Source: Nitrosopumilus sp. (GTDB taxonomy: Archaea; Thermoproteota; Nitrososphaeria; Nitrososphaerales; Nitrosopumilaceae). Taken from it: 64,000 bases of DNA. Under the pieces are notes generated by a model. It made no database searches. It worked only from the letters and a program-made list of their open reading frames with translations, and was not told the origin of the DNA. The position numbers and the translations under genes are program-made. Below, piece by piece: positions 31,309 to 41,033 of this stretch (the stretch's first letter is position 1; every line of letters starts with the position of its first letter). Location of the stretch: positions 512,001 through 576,000 of the forward strand of contig OZ250186.1 in NCBI GenBank assembly GCA_965238275.1. The letters are read 5' to 3'.

Positions 31309-31815
31309 ATGGGCAGGAAGAAAAAGGACGTTGCAGGGAAGAAGAAGAAGAAAAAGTCCGACTTTGGCGCATTCCTCAAAAAGAGGGCCCCGATCTACCT
31401 GGGAATACTTGCGCTGTTTGTGGTGTTTGTGGTGCCGTTACTGACGGCAAAGAGCCTGGATGACACGTTTCCTGATCTTTCAGAACAGGAGCAGAGGGTG
31501 GTGGAGGCGCTGATGGGGTATGACGGGGGCGACGGAACGGGACTGACGGTGATGGAGGCAATCGAGGAGAAGATTGACAAGGTGTATCCGGAGGATGGCA
31601 TATTTGATGACAAGAGGACCACGGTGAGCCTTGCCATAAACAGGACTGTCGGTGATGATCTACCCAATGACGAGGTGTACAGGGTGGTGCTTGACTTTGA
31701 GTCGTACAGGGGCCAGATGGAGTACAGCTGGAACGTGGATATGGTATCAGGCAGCATTACTCCAAACAATGCAGAGGCAAAGCACGTCACAGAGCTAGTC
31801 GAGTTTTACGACTAG
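31309..31815 (+). CDS. Hypothetical membrane-anchored protein
   Basis: Lys-rich N-terminus, one TM, acidic ectodomain. Confidence 0.75.
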   Translation: MGRKKKDVAGKKKKKKSDFGAFLKKRAPIYLGILALFVVFVVPLLTAKSLDDTFPDLSEQEQRVVEALMGYDGGDGTGLTVMEAIEEKIDKVYPEDGIFDDKRTTVSLAINRTVGDDLPNDEVYRVVLDFESYRGQMEYSWNVDMVSGSITPNNAEAKHVTELVEFYD

Positions 31816-31822
31816 CCGCGCA

Positions 31823-32893
31823 TCAGACCACCAGCAGGTCCTTGGTAAACTTGTGCATGACGGTGGGACGGTCGCCTGCTGCCACCATCAGCGAGTCCTC
31901 TATGCGGATTCCAAAGGAGTCCTCTATGTATATGCCCGGCTCCACGGTTATGGCCATGTTCTTTTTCAGCTCGGTTTGTACCCCCGCAGAGACTGCCGGA
32001 GGCTCGTGCACCTCAAGGCCTATCCCGTGCCCGGTGGAGTGGATAAAGTACTGGCCAAAGCCGCTCTCCTGGATGTACTGCCTGCAGGACTCGTCAACCT
32101 CGCCGCATGTGGCGCCTGGCCGGACGCTCTTCAGGCCGAGCCTCTGGGATTCCCGGACCACATCGTATGCCTCGGCTGCCCGGGGCCGGATCCCTCCTAT
32201 GGCAAACGTTCTTGTCGCATCAGATACGTATCCCTTGTATCTTAAGGTGAGATCAACTACTACGAGATCGTGCCTTCGGAACCTTCTTGACGTCACCTGC
32301 GCATGGGGCAGGGCGCCGTTGGGGCCGCCTGCTATTATCAGCGGGTTGAGCGTGGAGGAATAGCCGGTATCAAACATCTGGCGCGAGCATGCGTGGGCCA
32401 TTATTGCCGCCTGCAGCTCGGACTCCTTCTGGCCGGCATGGATGGACTGGGCGCATACCTCGAAGAGCTCGTCTATGATTCGGGAGGCCTTTTTGAGTAT
32501 GGTAATCTCTTGTGTATCCTTGATAATGCGTGAGTTGTAGAACGGCTGGGCTGACTGCAAGATGGCCGGGATGCGGCCCTTCAGGGACATCATTGTGGAG
32601 TAGTCCCGGCAGTCGGTGCAGGGACTCTTGCCGCGAATCTGTCCGGCAAGCGAGGAGACGAGTCCCGATCCCCGCTCTGCCCGGACCACGTTGCAGTCAC
32701 GGGACTCCTCCCGGACCCTTCCCATCTCAAGCTCGGGTGCGACTATGGTAGTTGTTCCGTCAGACTCCAGCAGCCCCGCAGCCTCGCCCCAGAATCCTGT
32801 CATGTAAAAGAGATTCTCAGGCTCAAAGGTTACCAGCGCGTCGCAGCCGATCTCTTCTGCATATCCTAGGAGGTCCTGTCTGCGCTGGTCCAC
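31823..32893 (-). CDS. Xaa-Pro peptidase (M24B family)
   Basis: NLFYMTGF, YVSDATRT, HSTGHGIGLEVHE, TVEPGIY, GIRIED; GTG start inferred. Confidence 0.93.
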   Translation of the reverse strand: MDQRRQDLLGYAEEIGCDALVTFEPENLFYMTGFWGEAAGLLESDGTTTIVAPELEMGRVREESRDCNVVRAERGSGLVSSLAGQIRGKSPCTDCRDYSTMMSLKGRIPAILQSAQPFYNSRIIKDTQEITILKKASRIIDELFEVCAQSIHAGQKESELQAAIMAHACSRQMFDTGYSSTLNPLIIAGGPNGALPHAQVTSRRFRRHDLVVVDLTLRYKGYVSDATRTFAIGGIRPRAAEAYDVVRESQRLGLKSVRPGATCGEVDESCRQYIQESGFGQYFIHSTGHGIGLEVHEPPAVSAGVQTELKKNMAITVEPGIYIEDSFGIRIEDSLMVAAGDRPTVMHKFTKDLLVV

Positions 32894-32952
32894 ACGGGTG
32901 GGAGGGACAGGTCTCAATTTATGTATATATAGATCTGATCCGGAATAGTGTG

Positions 32953-33969
32953 ATGGAGCAGGAGGAGGAGAAGAAGAAGGTTGTGGCGCTGCTCTCCGGC
33001 GGCCTGGACAGCCAGCTTGCAGTGAGGATGATGCAGAAGCAGGGCTTTGAGGTATCTGCAGTGGCAATCAAGACTCCTTTTTGCGACTTTGACTGCGGCA
33101 GAGGCTGCGGATTTGAGATAAGGGAGAGGGCAGAGGACCTCAACGTGAATTTGAAGACAGTCTACCTAGGAGACGAGTATATCGAGATGCTAAAGAGCCC
33201 AAAGTACGGAAGGGGCGCAGGGTTCAACCCGTGTATTGACTGCCGCGCCATGATGTTCAAGGCTGCAAAGAAGCACATGGAGGACATCGGCGCCGAGTTT
33301 GTCATATCAGGCGAGGTGCTGGGACAGCGCCCCATGAGCCAGCACGGGCCGGCCCTGAGGACCATCGAAAAGGAGTCAGAACTGGTGGGAAAGATAGTGC
33401 GGCCACTCTCTGCAGGACTGTTGCCCAAGACTGATCCTGAAAGGGACGGGCTGATAAGGAGAGAGGACATGGGATTGATCAGGGGCAGGACCAGAAGGAA
33501 CCAGCTGCAGATGGCAAGGGAGTACGGGATAGAGAATCCGCCCAATGCCGGCGGAGGATGCCTGCTGACTGAGCCGCAGTTCGGGGTAAAGGCCAGGGAT
33601 CTTTTCGGGCACACGGAGACTCCCACCATCAATGACATTGATCTGCTGAAGGTAGGCAGGCACTTTAGGCTCGATGAGGAGACAAAGTTTGTGGTGGGAA
33701 GGAACAAGGATGAAAACGAGATGATTGCGGCAATAGCGCTGCCAGGGGACATACTGCTTGAGGCACAAGACCACGTAGGGCCGGTCTCGATTCTGCGCGG
33801 AAAGAGCGCAGCATCCCATGTGGGGTTTGCAGCATCGGTGACCCTCAGATACTCTGATGCGCCAAAAGACCAGACGGGAACCGTCCTGGTAAGGGAGGAG
33901 GACGGGAAGACCAGAAACATTAATTCAGCATGCGCAATAGAGTCCGATTACATCGGGTTTAGACTATAG
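32953..33969 (+). CDS. PP-loop tRNA thiouridine synthase-like protein (ThiI/MnmA-like, DUF814-type C-terminus)
   Basis: LLSGGLDS, NPCIDC, GEVLGQRPMSQ, AGGCLLT. Confidence 0.85.
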   Translation: MEQEEEKKKVVALLSGGLDSQLAVRMMQKQGFEVSAVAIKTPFCDFDCGRGCGFEIRERAEDLNVNLKTVYLGDEYIEMLKSPKYGRGAGFNPCIDCRAMMFKAAKKHMEDIGAEFVISGEVLGQRPMSQHGPALRTIEKESELVGKIVRPLSAGLLPKTDPERDGLIRREDMGLIRGRTRRNQLQMAREYGIENPPNAGGGCLLTEPQFGVKARDLFGHTETPTINDIDLLKVGRHFRLDEETKFVVGRNKDENEMIAAIALPGDILLEAQDHVGPVSILRGKSAASHVGFAASVTLRYSDAPKDQTGTVLVREEDGKTRNINSACAIESDYIGFRL

Positions 33970-34032
33970 GCACTAAAAAAATCCCGGACTCATGGAAGAG
34001 TTTTTGAGGAAGTAGATCGCAGTTTAGCCAGA

Positions 34033-34311
34033 ATGCAGAAGCATGAGAGTCCCACGTACCTCAAGGCAATAACAATCAAGGATGTCAGTGACATGCATTC
34101 CATACGGGAGGACATCAAAAAGGAGATGATTCTGATTCTAAGGGTGACCCCCCTTGCACAAAAGGATGTAGGGCAGCTGCGCAAGCTGGTCGAGGAGGTG
34201 TACGCAGTCGCAAAGGCCTCTAATGCAGACATTGCGCGGCTTGGCGAGGAGAGGATCATTGTGACCCCCCCGAACATAAAGATCTGGAAGCCCGAGTACG
34301 ACTTAAAATAG
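34033..34311 (+). CDS. sepF: Cell division protein SepF
   Basis: Archaeal SepF pattern ...ADIARLGEERIIVTPPNIKI. Confidence 0.85.
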   Translation: MQKHESPTYLKAITIKDVSDMHSIREDIKKEMILILRVTPLAQKDVGQLRKLVEEVYAVAKASNADIARLGEERIIVTPPNIKIWKPEYDLK

Positions 34312-36243
34312 CTTTATTGCTTCTTGCACCTGCGGATAGTGGGAGGTAAGCCTGTACATCCGTCTTATGCTGGTGGCAAGGTTCTCTGACTTTTTGCGCT
34401 CACCGTGATTGACCAAGACGCGGCGGAGCTTGGGCCTGAGCCTCTGGACGAACGACATGAGCTGGTTGTAGTCGCTGTGCCCGCTGAAGCCGTCGAGTTT
34501 TTCAACACTGCAGCTGATGGTGACTGCCTCGACCTTGCCTGCCTTGCCCAGCATGGTGACCTGCCTGGAACCGTCAAGAACCCGGCGCCCCATGGTGCCA
34601 TTAACCTGATAGGAGACAAAGAGAATCTTGCTCTTTTTGTCAGGGGCGATGTTCTTAAAGTACTCCAGGACGGGGCCGCCCTCAAGCATGCCTGAGGTCG
34701 CAAGGATGATGCACGGGGAGTCCTCCCTCATGGGCTCCTCCCTTGCATCTGCGTGCTCGATGTTGGTAAAGTACTCCGAGTCAAACGGGTTGTCGTCTGT
34801 CTCCAGAATCTTCTGCCGGAGCTCCTTGGCAAGGTACTCCGGATAGGACTCGTGGATTGCAGAGGCCTCAGATATCATTCCCTCGGTGAATACGGACGCC
34901 TCGATCATCTGGCCGGACTTCATGTAGTGGTCTATTACCATCATGATCTCCTGGGCCCTTCCCACTGCCGGGATCGGTATCAGGACCTTGCCGCCGTCTG
35001 CAAGGGTGTTGTTTACCGTGTTTATGAAGGCAGACTCGACCTCCTGCCTGCTTGGCTGTATGTCCTCCTTGAGGCCGTACGTGCTTTCAATGAGAAGCGT
35101 CTCCACGCGGGGGAAGTTCCAGCTGGCAGCCTCAAACAGAATGCTCTTGCCAAACTTGATGTCGCCAGAGTATACAAAGTTGTGGTCGCCGTTGCCGATA
35201 TGGAAGTGGCACAGTGCAGAGCCCAGGATGTGTCCGGCGTTTGCAAGAACCAGCTTGATGTCAGGGGATATGTCAGTGACGGTGTTGTAGGGGAGCGTGA
35301 TGGCCTGCCTCATGATCTGCTTTACGTCCCTCTCCGAGTAGATCGGGGTTCTGCCCTGCGCGGCTGCCACCTTTATGGCATCCAGCTGGATGAGGTTCAT
35401 CATGGGGAGCGTGGGCTCCGTGCAGTATATGGGGCCCTTGTATCCGTACTTGGAGAGGACGGGGAGGAACCCCGTGTGGTCCAGATGCGCGTGGCCGATG
35501 ACCACGGCGTCAAGCTCGTCCAGGGTCAGATGGACAGAGTCAAGTCTTGGGAATGCGTCCATCGGGGAGCGCGCGCCGGGGTTTATTCCGCAGTCGATCA
35601 GAATCTTGCTTTCCGGGGTGGAGAGGAGCAGCGAGGATCTTCCCACCTGGCCGAATCCGCCAAGGGTGTACAGGGAGACTTCTGTCCTCTGCGAGAGCCT
35701 GGGCCTAAATATTTCATCGCCTATCTGCTTGAGCTGCTTGCTTCTTTCAGAGGAGGCCTGCTTCAGGGTTGAGTTGATGATCTGGATGGTGCGCGAGGGT
35801 ATGGTTGTGGCCTTTCGGATGCGCAGCCTCCAGCCGGTATTTTCAGTTATCAGGACATGGTCAAACTCCTTTGCGTTTCTCTGCAGCAGCCAGGGCCTCT
35901 TTGCCTCGACGGAGACCTCTCCTGTGGTGGTGTCAAAGATGGCTCCCTGCAGGTTTGCCTCCTTGGGAACGGATTCGGATATTATGTGCCAGGCCTCGTC
36001 TTCTGGTTTTCTGATGGACTCGTCGGTTCTTATCACAATCCTCTTCTTTATGACGTTTACAAGGTTTGATATCTTCTCGCCGTTCTCCATGAGGTAGCGG
36101 GGGGAGCTTGTGTAGAGGGCGATTCTCGGGCCCTCGTACTCTATCTTTGTGATCTTTGCCTCCCTTGGGATACTTGTCAGTATGGTAGCCATGATGCTCT
36201 GGCTAGTAGGAACTGGTTCTCTCGGTTGGTTTTTTCTTTGCAT
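34303..36243 (-). CDS. fttA: Beta-CASP ribonuclease aCPSF1 / transcription termination factor FttA
   Basis: KH domains; HAHLDH; AGHILG; ESTYG; FSGHSD; NHGE. Confidence 0.95.
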   Translation of the reverse strand: MQRKNQPREPVPTSQSIMATILTSIPREAKITKIEYEGPRIALYTSSPRYLMENGEKISNLVNVIKKRIVIRTDESIRKPEDEAWHIISESVPKEANLQGAIFDTTTGEVSVEAKRPWLLQRNAKEFDHVLITENTGWRLRIRKATTIPSRTIQIINSTLKQASSERSKQLKQIGDEIFRPRLSQRTEVSLYTLGGFGQVGRSSLLLSTPESKILIDCGINPGARSPMDAFPRLDSVHLTLDELDAVVIGHAHLDHTGFLPVLSKYGYKGPIYCTEPTLPMMNLIQLDAIKVAAAQGRTPIYSERDVKQIMRQAITLPYNTVTDISPDIKLVLANAGHILGSALCHFHIGNGDHNFVYSGDIKFGKSILFEAASWNFPRVETLLIESTYGLKEDIQPSRQEVESAFINTVNNTLADGGKVLIPIPAVGRAQEIMMVIDHYMKSGQMIEASVFTEGMISEASAIHESYPEYLAKELRQKILETDDNPFDSEYFTNIEHADAREEPMREDSPCIILATSGMLEGGPVLEYFKNIAPDKKSKILFVSYQVNGTMGRRVLDGSRQVTMLGKAGKVEAVTISCSVEKLDGFSGHSDYNQLMSFVQRLRPKLRRVLVNHGERKKSENLATSIRRMYRLTSHYPQVQEAIKLF

Positions 36244-36250
36244 TGAATCA

Positions 36251-36883
36251 CTAAAGTTTGATGACTGCCTTCTTTTGCTCGTCAGTCAGGAGGCGGAATC
36301 CGTCCTTGTCTATGACTGCAACATTGATCCCGTCGCCGGTCCCTATGTTTCGAACTATTGCCGCCCGGACCGCACGCAGGGCAACCTTCTTGGCACCCTC
36401 CACGGTAAGGTTCTCCCGGTACTCCTCCTCAAGCAGGCCGTATGCCACAAGCGAGCCGCTGCCGGTTGTAACATATGACTTTTCCTCGACGGAGCCGAAC
36501 ATGTCTATGTTGAAGAGCGCGGGGCCCTGCGCGTCATACCCGCCCACCAGAATGTCGGCCATGAACGGATATCCGCGGTTCTGATGGAATATCAGCGAGC
36601 AGAGTCTTGCAAGGGAGTGGATTGGAATGGGGTGTGGTTTCTCGACCCTGTGGAGGTTGGAGTGGTATCGTAATATGTCAACAATGTTCTGTGCGTCTGC
36701 AACCCCGCCTGCCAGGGTCAGTCCTGCGTGAAGATCGATCTTTTGAATCTTCATGGTGTTGTTGTTTGCGATGAAATATCCTGCGCTGGCCCTCATGTCG
36801 GCACACAGCACCACACCATCGGTAGCCTTGATACCTACGGTGGTTGTCCCGTGCAAAATTTTTTCCTCTACATTGTTTGACAA
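36251..36883 (-). CDS. psmB: Proteasome beta subunit
   Basis: Short propeptide then G|TTTVG; GVADAQ; TGSGS. Confidence 0.96.
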   Translation of the reverse strand: MSNNVEEKILHGTTTVGIKATDGVVLCADMRASAGYFIANNNTMKIQKIDLHAGLTLAGGVADAQNIVDILRYHSNLHRVEKPHPIPIHSLARLCSLIFHQNRGYPFMADILVGGYDAQGPALFNIDMFGSVEEKSYVTTGSGSLVAYGLLEEEYRENLTVEGAKKVALRAVRAAIVRNIGTGDGINVAVIDKDGFRLLTDEQKKAVIKL

Positions 36884-36951
36884 AAATACACCTATTAAGA
36901 TAATGAATATGGCATATTACCCTTTTAAATAACTTTTTGATCTCTCCAATA

Positions 36952-38016
36952 ATGGGAAAAAGTAAGAGCAGAACAAAGTCACACACGATGGAGCTCCCCA
37001 GGCTCATTGAGATCGGGGAGGGGAACATGGACGGGTTCGGAGAATTTTTGAAGTCGCTGGGCGGACCCAAAACAGTCTCCCTGATATCAGGCACGAACGT
37101 TCAGGGCATACTGGGAAAGAGGATCCAGAGATCGCTTGAATCAAAGGGGATCAAATTTACATGGCATGCGCCAGGAGACAGCCAGATCAGGTCCATCAAC
37201 AAGATTCAGAAACAGGTCACAGAGGACGATTCTGACATGATTGCCGGGATCGGAGGAGGCAGATCCGTTGACACGGCAAAGATGATCTCATACAGGCTGG
37301 GCAGGCCGTTTGTCAGTCTGCCCACGGCAGCTTCCCATGACGGAATGGCAAGTCCGTTTGTCTCCGTAAGAAGCCACAGGCCCCATTCCATTGTCGCATC
37401 AGCGCCCATGGGGGTCTTTGTGGATATAGACGTGATCAGGAAGGCACCTGCAAGACTGCTTGCAAGCGGCTGCGGGGATCTTGTGGCAAACATAGTTGCA
37501 GTAAGGGACTGGCAGATTGGCCACGAGAGGAACGGCGAGTATTACGGAAGGTATTCGTCGGATCTGGCCATGATGAGTGCCGAGATAGTCATGGAAAACT
37601 CTGCAGAGTTTGCAAGGAATGGCCTGGATGCAAGGGTGATTGTAGAGGGACTGATCAGCGCAGGCGTGGCATCATGTATTGCAGGAAGCAGCAGGCCGTG
37701 CTCAGGCTCAGAGCACCTCTTCTCACACGCACTTGACAAGATTGCCCCAGGCATCGGACTTCATGGAGAGAAATGCGGATTGGGTTCCATAATGATGGCA
37801 AAGCTGCAGGGACAGAACTGGAAGAAGATCGCAAAGACATTGAAGGATGTAGGGGCCCCGACTACCGCAGCACAGATTGGTATCGGGCAGGATGCAGTCA
37901 TCAAGGCCTTGACCATTGCACAGGAGCAAAGGCCGGAGAGGTACACGATTCTCAGGGAGGTAGAGATGACTGAAAAGAGCGCAGAGGATCTTGCAAGAAG
38001 CACAAGGATAATCTAG
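36952..38016 (+). CDS. egsA: Glycerol-1-phosphate dehydrogenase
   Basis: GGGRSVDTAK, PTAASHDG, SGSEHLFSH, HGEKCG. Confidence 0.94.
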   Translation: MGKSKSRTKSHTMELPRLIEIGEGNMDGFGEFLKSLGGPKTVSLISGTNVQGILGKRIQRSLESKGIKFTWHAPGDSQIRSINKIQKQVTEDDSDMIAGIGGGRSVDTAKMISYRLGRPFVSLPTAASHDGMASPFVSVRSHRPHSIVASAPMGVFVDIDVIRKAPARLLASGCGDLVANIVAVRDWQIGHERNGEYYGRYSSDLAMMSAEIVMENSAEFARNGLDARVIVEGLISAGVASCIAGSSRPCSGSEHLFSHALDKIAPGIGLHGEKCGLGSIMMAKLQGQNWKKIAKTLKDVGAPTTAAQIGIGQDAVIKALTIAQEQRPERYTILREVEMTEKSAEDLARSTRII

Positions 38017-38019
38017 AGT

Positions 38020-39039
38020 CTATTGTTCGGGTGGCTGGCCGGCATCCGGGGTTTGGGCTGGTGTGTCGGCATCCGGGGTTTGGCCGGCATCCGGGGTTTG
38101 GGCTGGTGTGTCGGCATCCGGGGTTTGGCCGGCATCCGGGGTTTGGCCGGCATCCGGGGTTTGGGCTGGTGTGTCGGCATCCGGGGTTTGGCCGGCATCC
38201 GGGGTTTGGCCGGCATCCGGGGTTTGGGCTTGGTCGGCATCCGGGGTTTGGTCGGCATCCGGGGTTTGGTCATCCGGGGTTTGGTCGGCATCCGGGGTTT
38301 GGTCAGGGGCGTCTGTCTCGGCGGTGCTAGATGGTGGTGATGGTGGACGCTGCGGGTTTGTATACACTTCGATAAAGCTGATCTCGTCTATAGTGGGTAC
38401 AAACTTGAATATGTCGGATTGAACAAAATTCTTTCCCATACGCAGATCGTTAAGACGCGACTCCTCTGTGGGAATTGTAATGTTTAGCTTGTTCTCGGCA
38501 AGCGCAAAGGAGACATCTGCTGTGTGCAGGTGCAGCCGTTCCCTGATGATTTGGGCGACCCGGTCGTCTGCGTCCTCGACGGACTTGACTATGTGTACGT
38601 CGTAAACGATCGTCTTTCCGGCGTATCTGTGGTTGTAGTCCATCTGGACACGTCCGGATCCGATAAAACGGATCGTTCCGATCTTGCCGTCGATTTCAAC
38701 CCTGTCTCCGACGGAGACCTTCTCTGCGTCATCTCCAAGCTTCCTCATGGAGATCATTCTGATCTTGCCGGGATCCTTTTTGCCAAAGGCCATGTCAGGT
38801 GCAAGCTCGATTGTGCGCCGTTCATCGACTACGGTCTCTGCCAGTATCTTGTCGACCCCTTCCAGAATCGGATACGACGTGTCGCCTACGGAGATCAGTT
38901 TTGGCTCATAGTGCGTGTGCTCATCATGCATGAGATGCTTTTCTGCCACGTCCGCAGACGTTGTGTCAAAGACATCCCCGGTCTCCTTTATGCTTGCAGT
39001 GTAATCTACTAGAATCAGAGAACCCTTCTCGAAAGCCAT
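38020..39039 (-). CDS. FKBP-type peptidyl-prolyl isomerase (long archaeal type) with repetitive C-terminal tail
   Basis: VDYT...VFDTT, PDMAFG, DYNHRYAGK; QTPD-repeat tail. Confidence 0.9.
   Translation of the reverse strand: MAFEKGSLILVDYTASIKETGDVFDTTSADVAEKHLMHDEHTHYEPKLISVGDTSYPILEGVDKILAETVVDERRTIELAPDMAFGKKDPGKIRMISMRKLGDDAEKVSVGDRVEIDGKIGTIRFIGSGRVQMDYNHRYAGKTIVYDVHIVKSVEDADDRVAQIIRERLHLHTADVSFALAENKLNITIPTEESRLNDLRMGKNFVQSDIFKFVPTIDEISFIEVYTNPQRPPSPPSSTAETDAPDQTPDADQTPDDQTPDADQTPDADQAQTPDAGQTPDAGQTPDADTPAQTPDAGQTPDAGQTPDADTPAQTPDAGQTPDADTPAQTPDAGQPPEQ
38036..38303. repeat. Coding minisatellite (catccggggtttgg core; 13 QTPD units)
   Basis: 15-27-bp units in a higher-order pattern encoding QTPDAG / QTPDADTPA. 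Confidence 0.95.
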
Positions 39040-39223
39040 TGTACTCGATCTTGAATTTCCATATATTAAGCTAGACACGAGAAGCCCAGAAACGCGTATG
39101 GCTGCCTGTCATTTTACGTAATACGTCAGCCTTTAGAGGGATCAGATATCATGATCTTCTAACAGATCATAGCGGGGCTATTCTGATGGATAATCTCAGA
39201 CGCACGCATCAACATTGAAAACA

Positions 39224-39267
39224 CGCGCAGGCCTGCCTGTATGTCCGTGTCATAGCCCATCATGGCC
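39224..39267. repeat. 44-bp duplicate of aminotransferase 3' coding segment
   Basis: Identical to 39323-39366 (cgcgcaggcctgcctgtatgtccgtgtcatagcccatcatggcc). Confidence 0.9.
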
Positions 39268-39293
39268 GAATGCAGCTCCGGCACATGCCAAAA

Positions 39294-40439
39294 TCAGAGG
39301 GCGTTTAGCTTCTCTTCTGCTGCGCGCAGGCCTGCCTGTATGTCCGTGTCATAGCCCATCATGGCCAGCGTGGATGCAATGCCGGAGATGGCCCTCATTA
39401 CATGGTACCTGTTTATCTCTCCCATGCATCCTACCCGGAACACCTTGCCTTTCAGGTCTCCAAACCCGCCGGCAACCAGAATTCTGAACTTTTTGGACAG
39501 TGTATCGCGGAATATCTTGTCCTCCAGTCCGTCCAGATAGTTTAATGCAATTACGACTGTGGAGCGGGAGTCCTTGTCTGCAAACGGCGTCAGTCCGATC
39601 TCAGACAGTCCGGAGTATAGGGCCTCAGAGCAGACCCGGTGGCGGTGAATCCTGTTCTCCATTCCCTCCTCAAGAATGATTCTCAACGCCTCCCTGTATG
39701 CGTAAAGCACGGGGAGTGCAGGCGTAAACGGAGTGTGCTTTGACTCGTCATAGTATTTGAAGTACCTTGGAAGGTTAAAGTACATCGTGTTTGGCGGATT
39801 TGCCTCCATGTATCTCCTGGTTCTTTGGTTTACACAGATCGGTGAGATGCCCGGTGGGGCGGCAAACGCCTTTTGGGCACCTGTCATGGCAATATCTATT
39901 CCCCACTTGTCCATGTGAAGCTCCTCGCCGCCCACAATGGACACGCCGTCAAGTACATAGTAGGAGTCGTTTCTTGATGTGAGATCCTTTATCCTGTCAA
40001 GATAGTTCAGCATGGTTCCGGTGGAGGTCTCGTTCCAGACGCAGTAGAATGCCTTGACATCGCTGTTGTTGTCAAACGCCTCCTTGACCTGATCAAATGT
40101 GGCATTGACGCCAGGCGTGGTCTCGACTCGAATCGCCTGGCCTCCGGCCCATTCAATCTGCTGGGCCAGCCGGGAGCTGAATTCTCCGTTTACCGGAATT
40201 ATCACCTTGTCGCCCTTTTTGATCAGATTTAATACCGAACATTCAGTGGCGCCAGTACCGGATGAGGACAGGCATACAGCGTCCCCTTTTGTCTCAAAGA
40301 CGCTCTTTGTGTTGTCCACGCACTCCTGATAGAGATCCACAAAGTCATCACTACGGTGGTTGATTGGATAGGTAATCATTGCCCTAGTTACACGTTCAGG
40401 TACATTCGTTGGTCCGGGCAGCATAACTAGGTATTCCAA
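39294..40439 (-). CDS. Class V PLP-dependent aminotransferase (serine-pyruvate/AGT-like)
   Basis: MLPGPT, NETSTG, DGVS, GAQKAF.APPG. Confidence 0.93.
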   Translation of the reverse strand: MEYLVMLPGPTNVPERVTRAMITYPINHRSDDFVDLYQECVDNTKSVFETKGDAVCLSSSGTGATECSVLNLIKKGDKVIIPVNGEFSSRLAQQIEWAGGQAIRVETTPGVNATFDQVKEAFDNNSDVKAFYCVWNETSTGTMLNYLDRIKDLTSRNDSYYVLDGVSIVGGEELHMDKWGIDIAMTGAQKAFAAPPGISPICVNQRTRRYMEANPPNTMYFNLPRYFKYYDESKHTPFTPALPVLYAYREALRIILEEGMENRIHRHRVCSEALYSGLSEIGLTPFADKDSRSTVVIALNYLDGLEDKIFRDTLSKKFRILVAGGFGDLKGKVFRVGCMGEINRYHVMRAISGIASTLAMMGYDTDIQAGLRAAEEKLNAL

Positions 40440-40478
40440 ATCAGTCTCAAGTGGTGTCTTTGCAGGCGTTATTTAAAA

Positions 40479-40973
40479 TTAGAGGAGACGTGCGCGTGAG
40501 GCGCCGGACTCTTCTAGAAACCTGCGGGTTCCGTCAGGAACCAGGCTTCTCCACTCCCCGCCGCCGCCTGCAATCAGATTCCTGATGTTGGTACCGGAGA
40601 GAAGATCCCTTTGCAGGAACGGGATCGATTCTACCAGGACGCCTCTCTTGGAGTAGAGGCGTTTTGTCAGTTCGTCGTTTGAGAAGATGATTCCAAAATC
40701 AGGCACAATGGTACTGATCATCTCAATCCATCTGATATGGTTGTCCACATCAGGTATGGGGTAAATGGAGATCCTCTTCAGGGTGTCATTATTGATGGAT
40801 GCGAGGATCATCTGCCTCCTCTCGTCAGCCGAGAACGGGTTGTTCCTGTCTGCGGTTCTGTTGGAGCTTCCCAGACCCACCCACAGGCTGTTCACCCGGG
40901 ACAGCGCAAACTGCAGGGCCTGCAGGTGGCCCAGATGGAATGGCTGGAATCTTCCTATAAGCAGACCGTCCAT
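40479..40973 (-). CDS. nadM: Nicotinamide-nucleotide adenylyltransferase
   Basis: GRFQPFHLGH, NPFSADER, SGTNIR. Confidence 0.92.
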   Translation of the reverse strand: MDGLLIGRFQPFHLGHLQALQFALSRVNSLWVGLGSSNRTADRNNPFSADERRQMILASINNDTLKRISIYPIPDVDNHIRWIEMISTIVPDFGIIFSNDELTKRLYSKRGVLVESIPFLQRDLLSGTNIRNLIAGGGGEWRSLVPDGTRRFLEESGASRARLL

Positions 40974-41033
40974 ACAGGAGTTTTGGATACCTTTTTAAAA
41001 AAACTATCATAGGGGTTTCAGACAGGAGACGCG

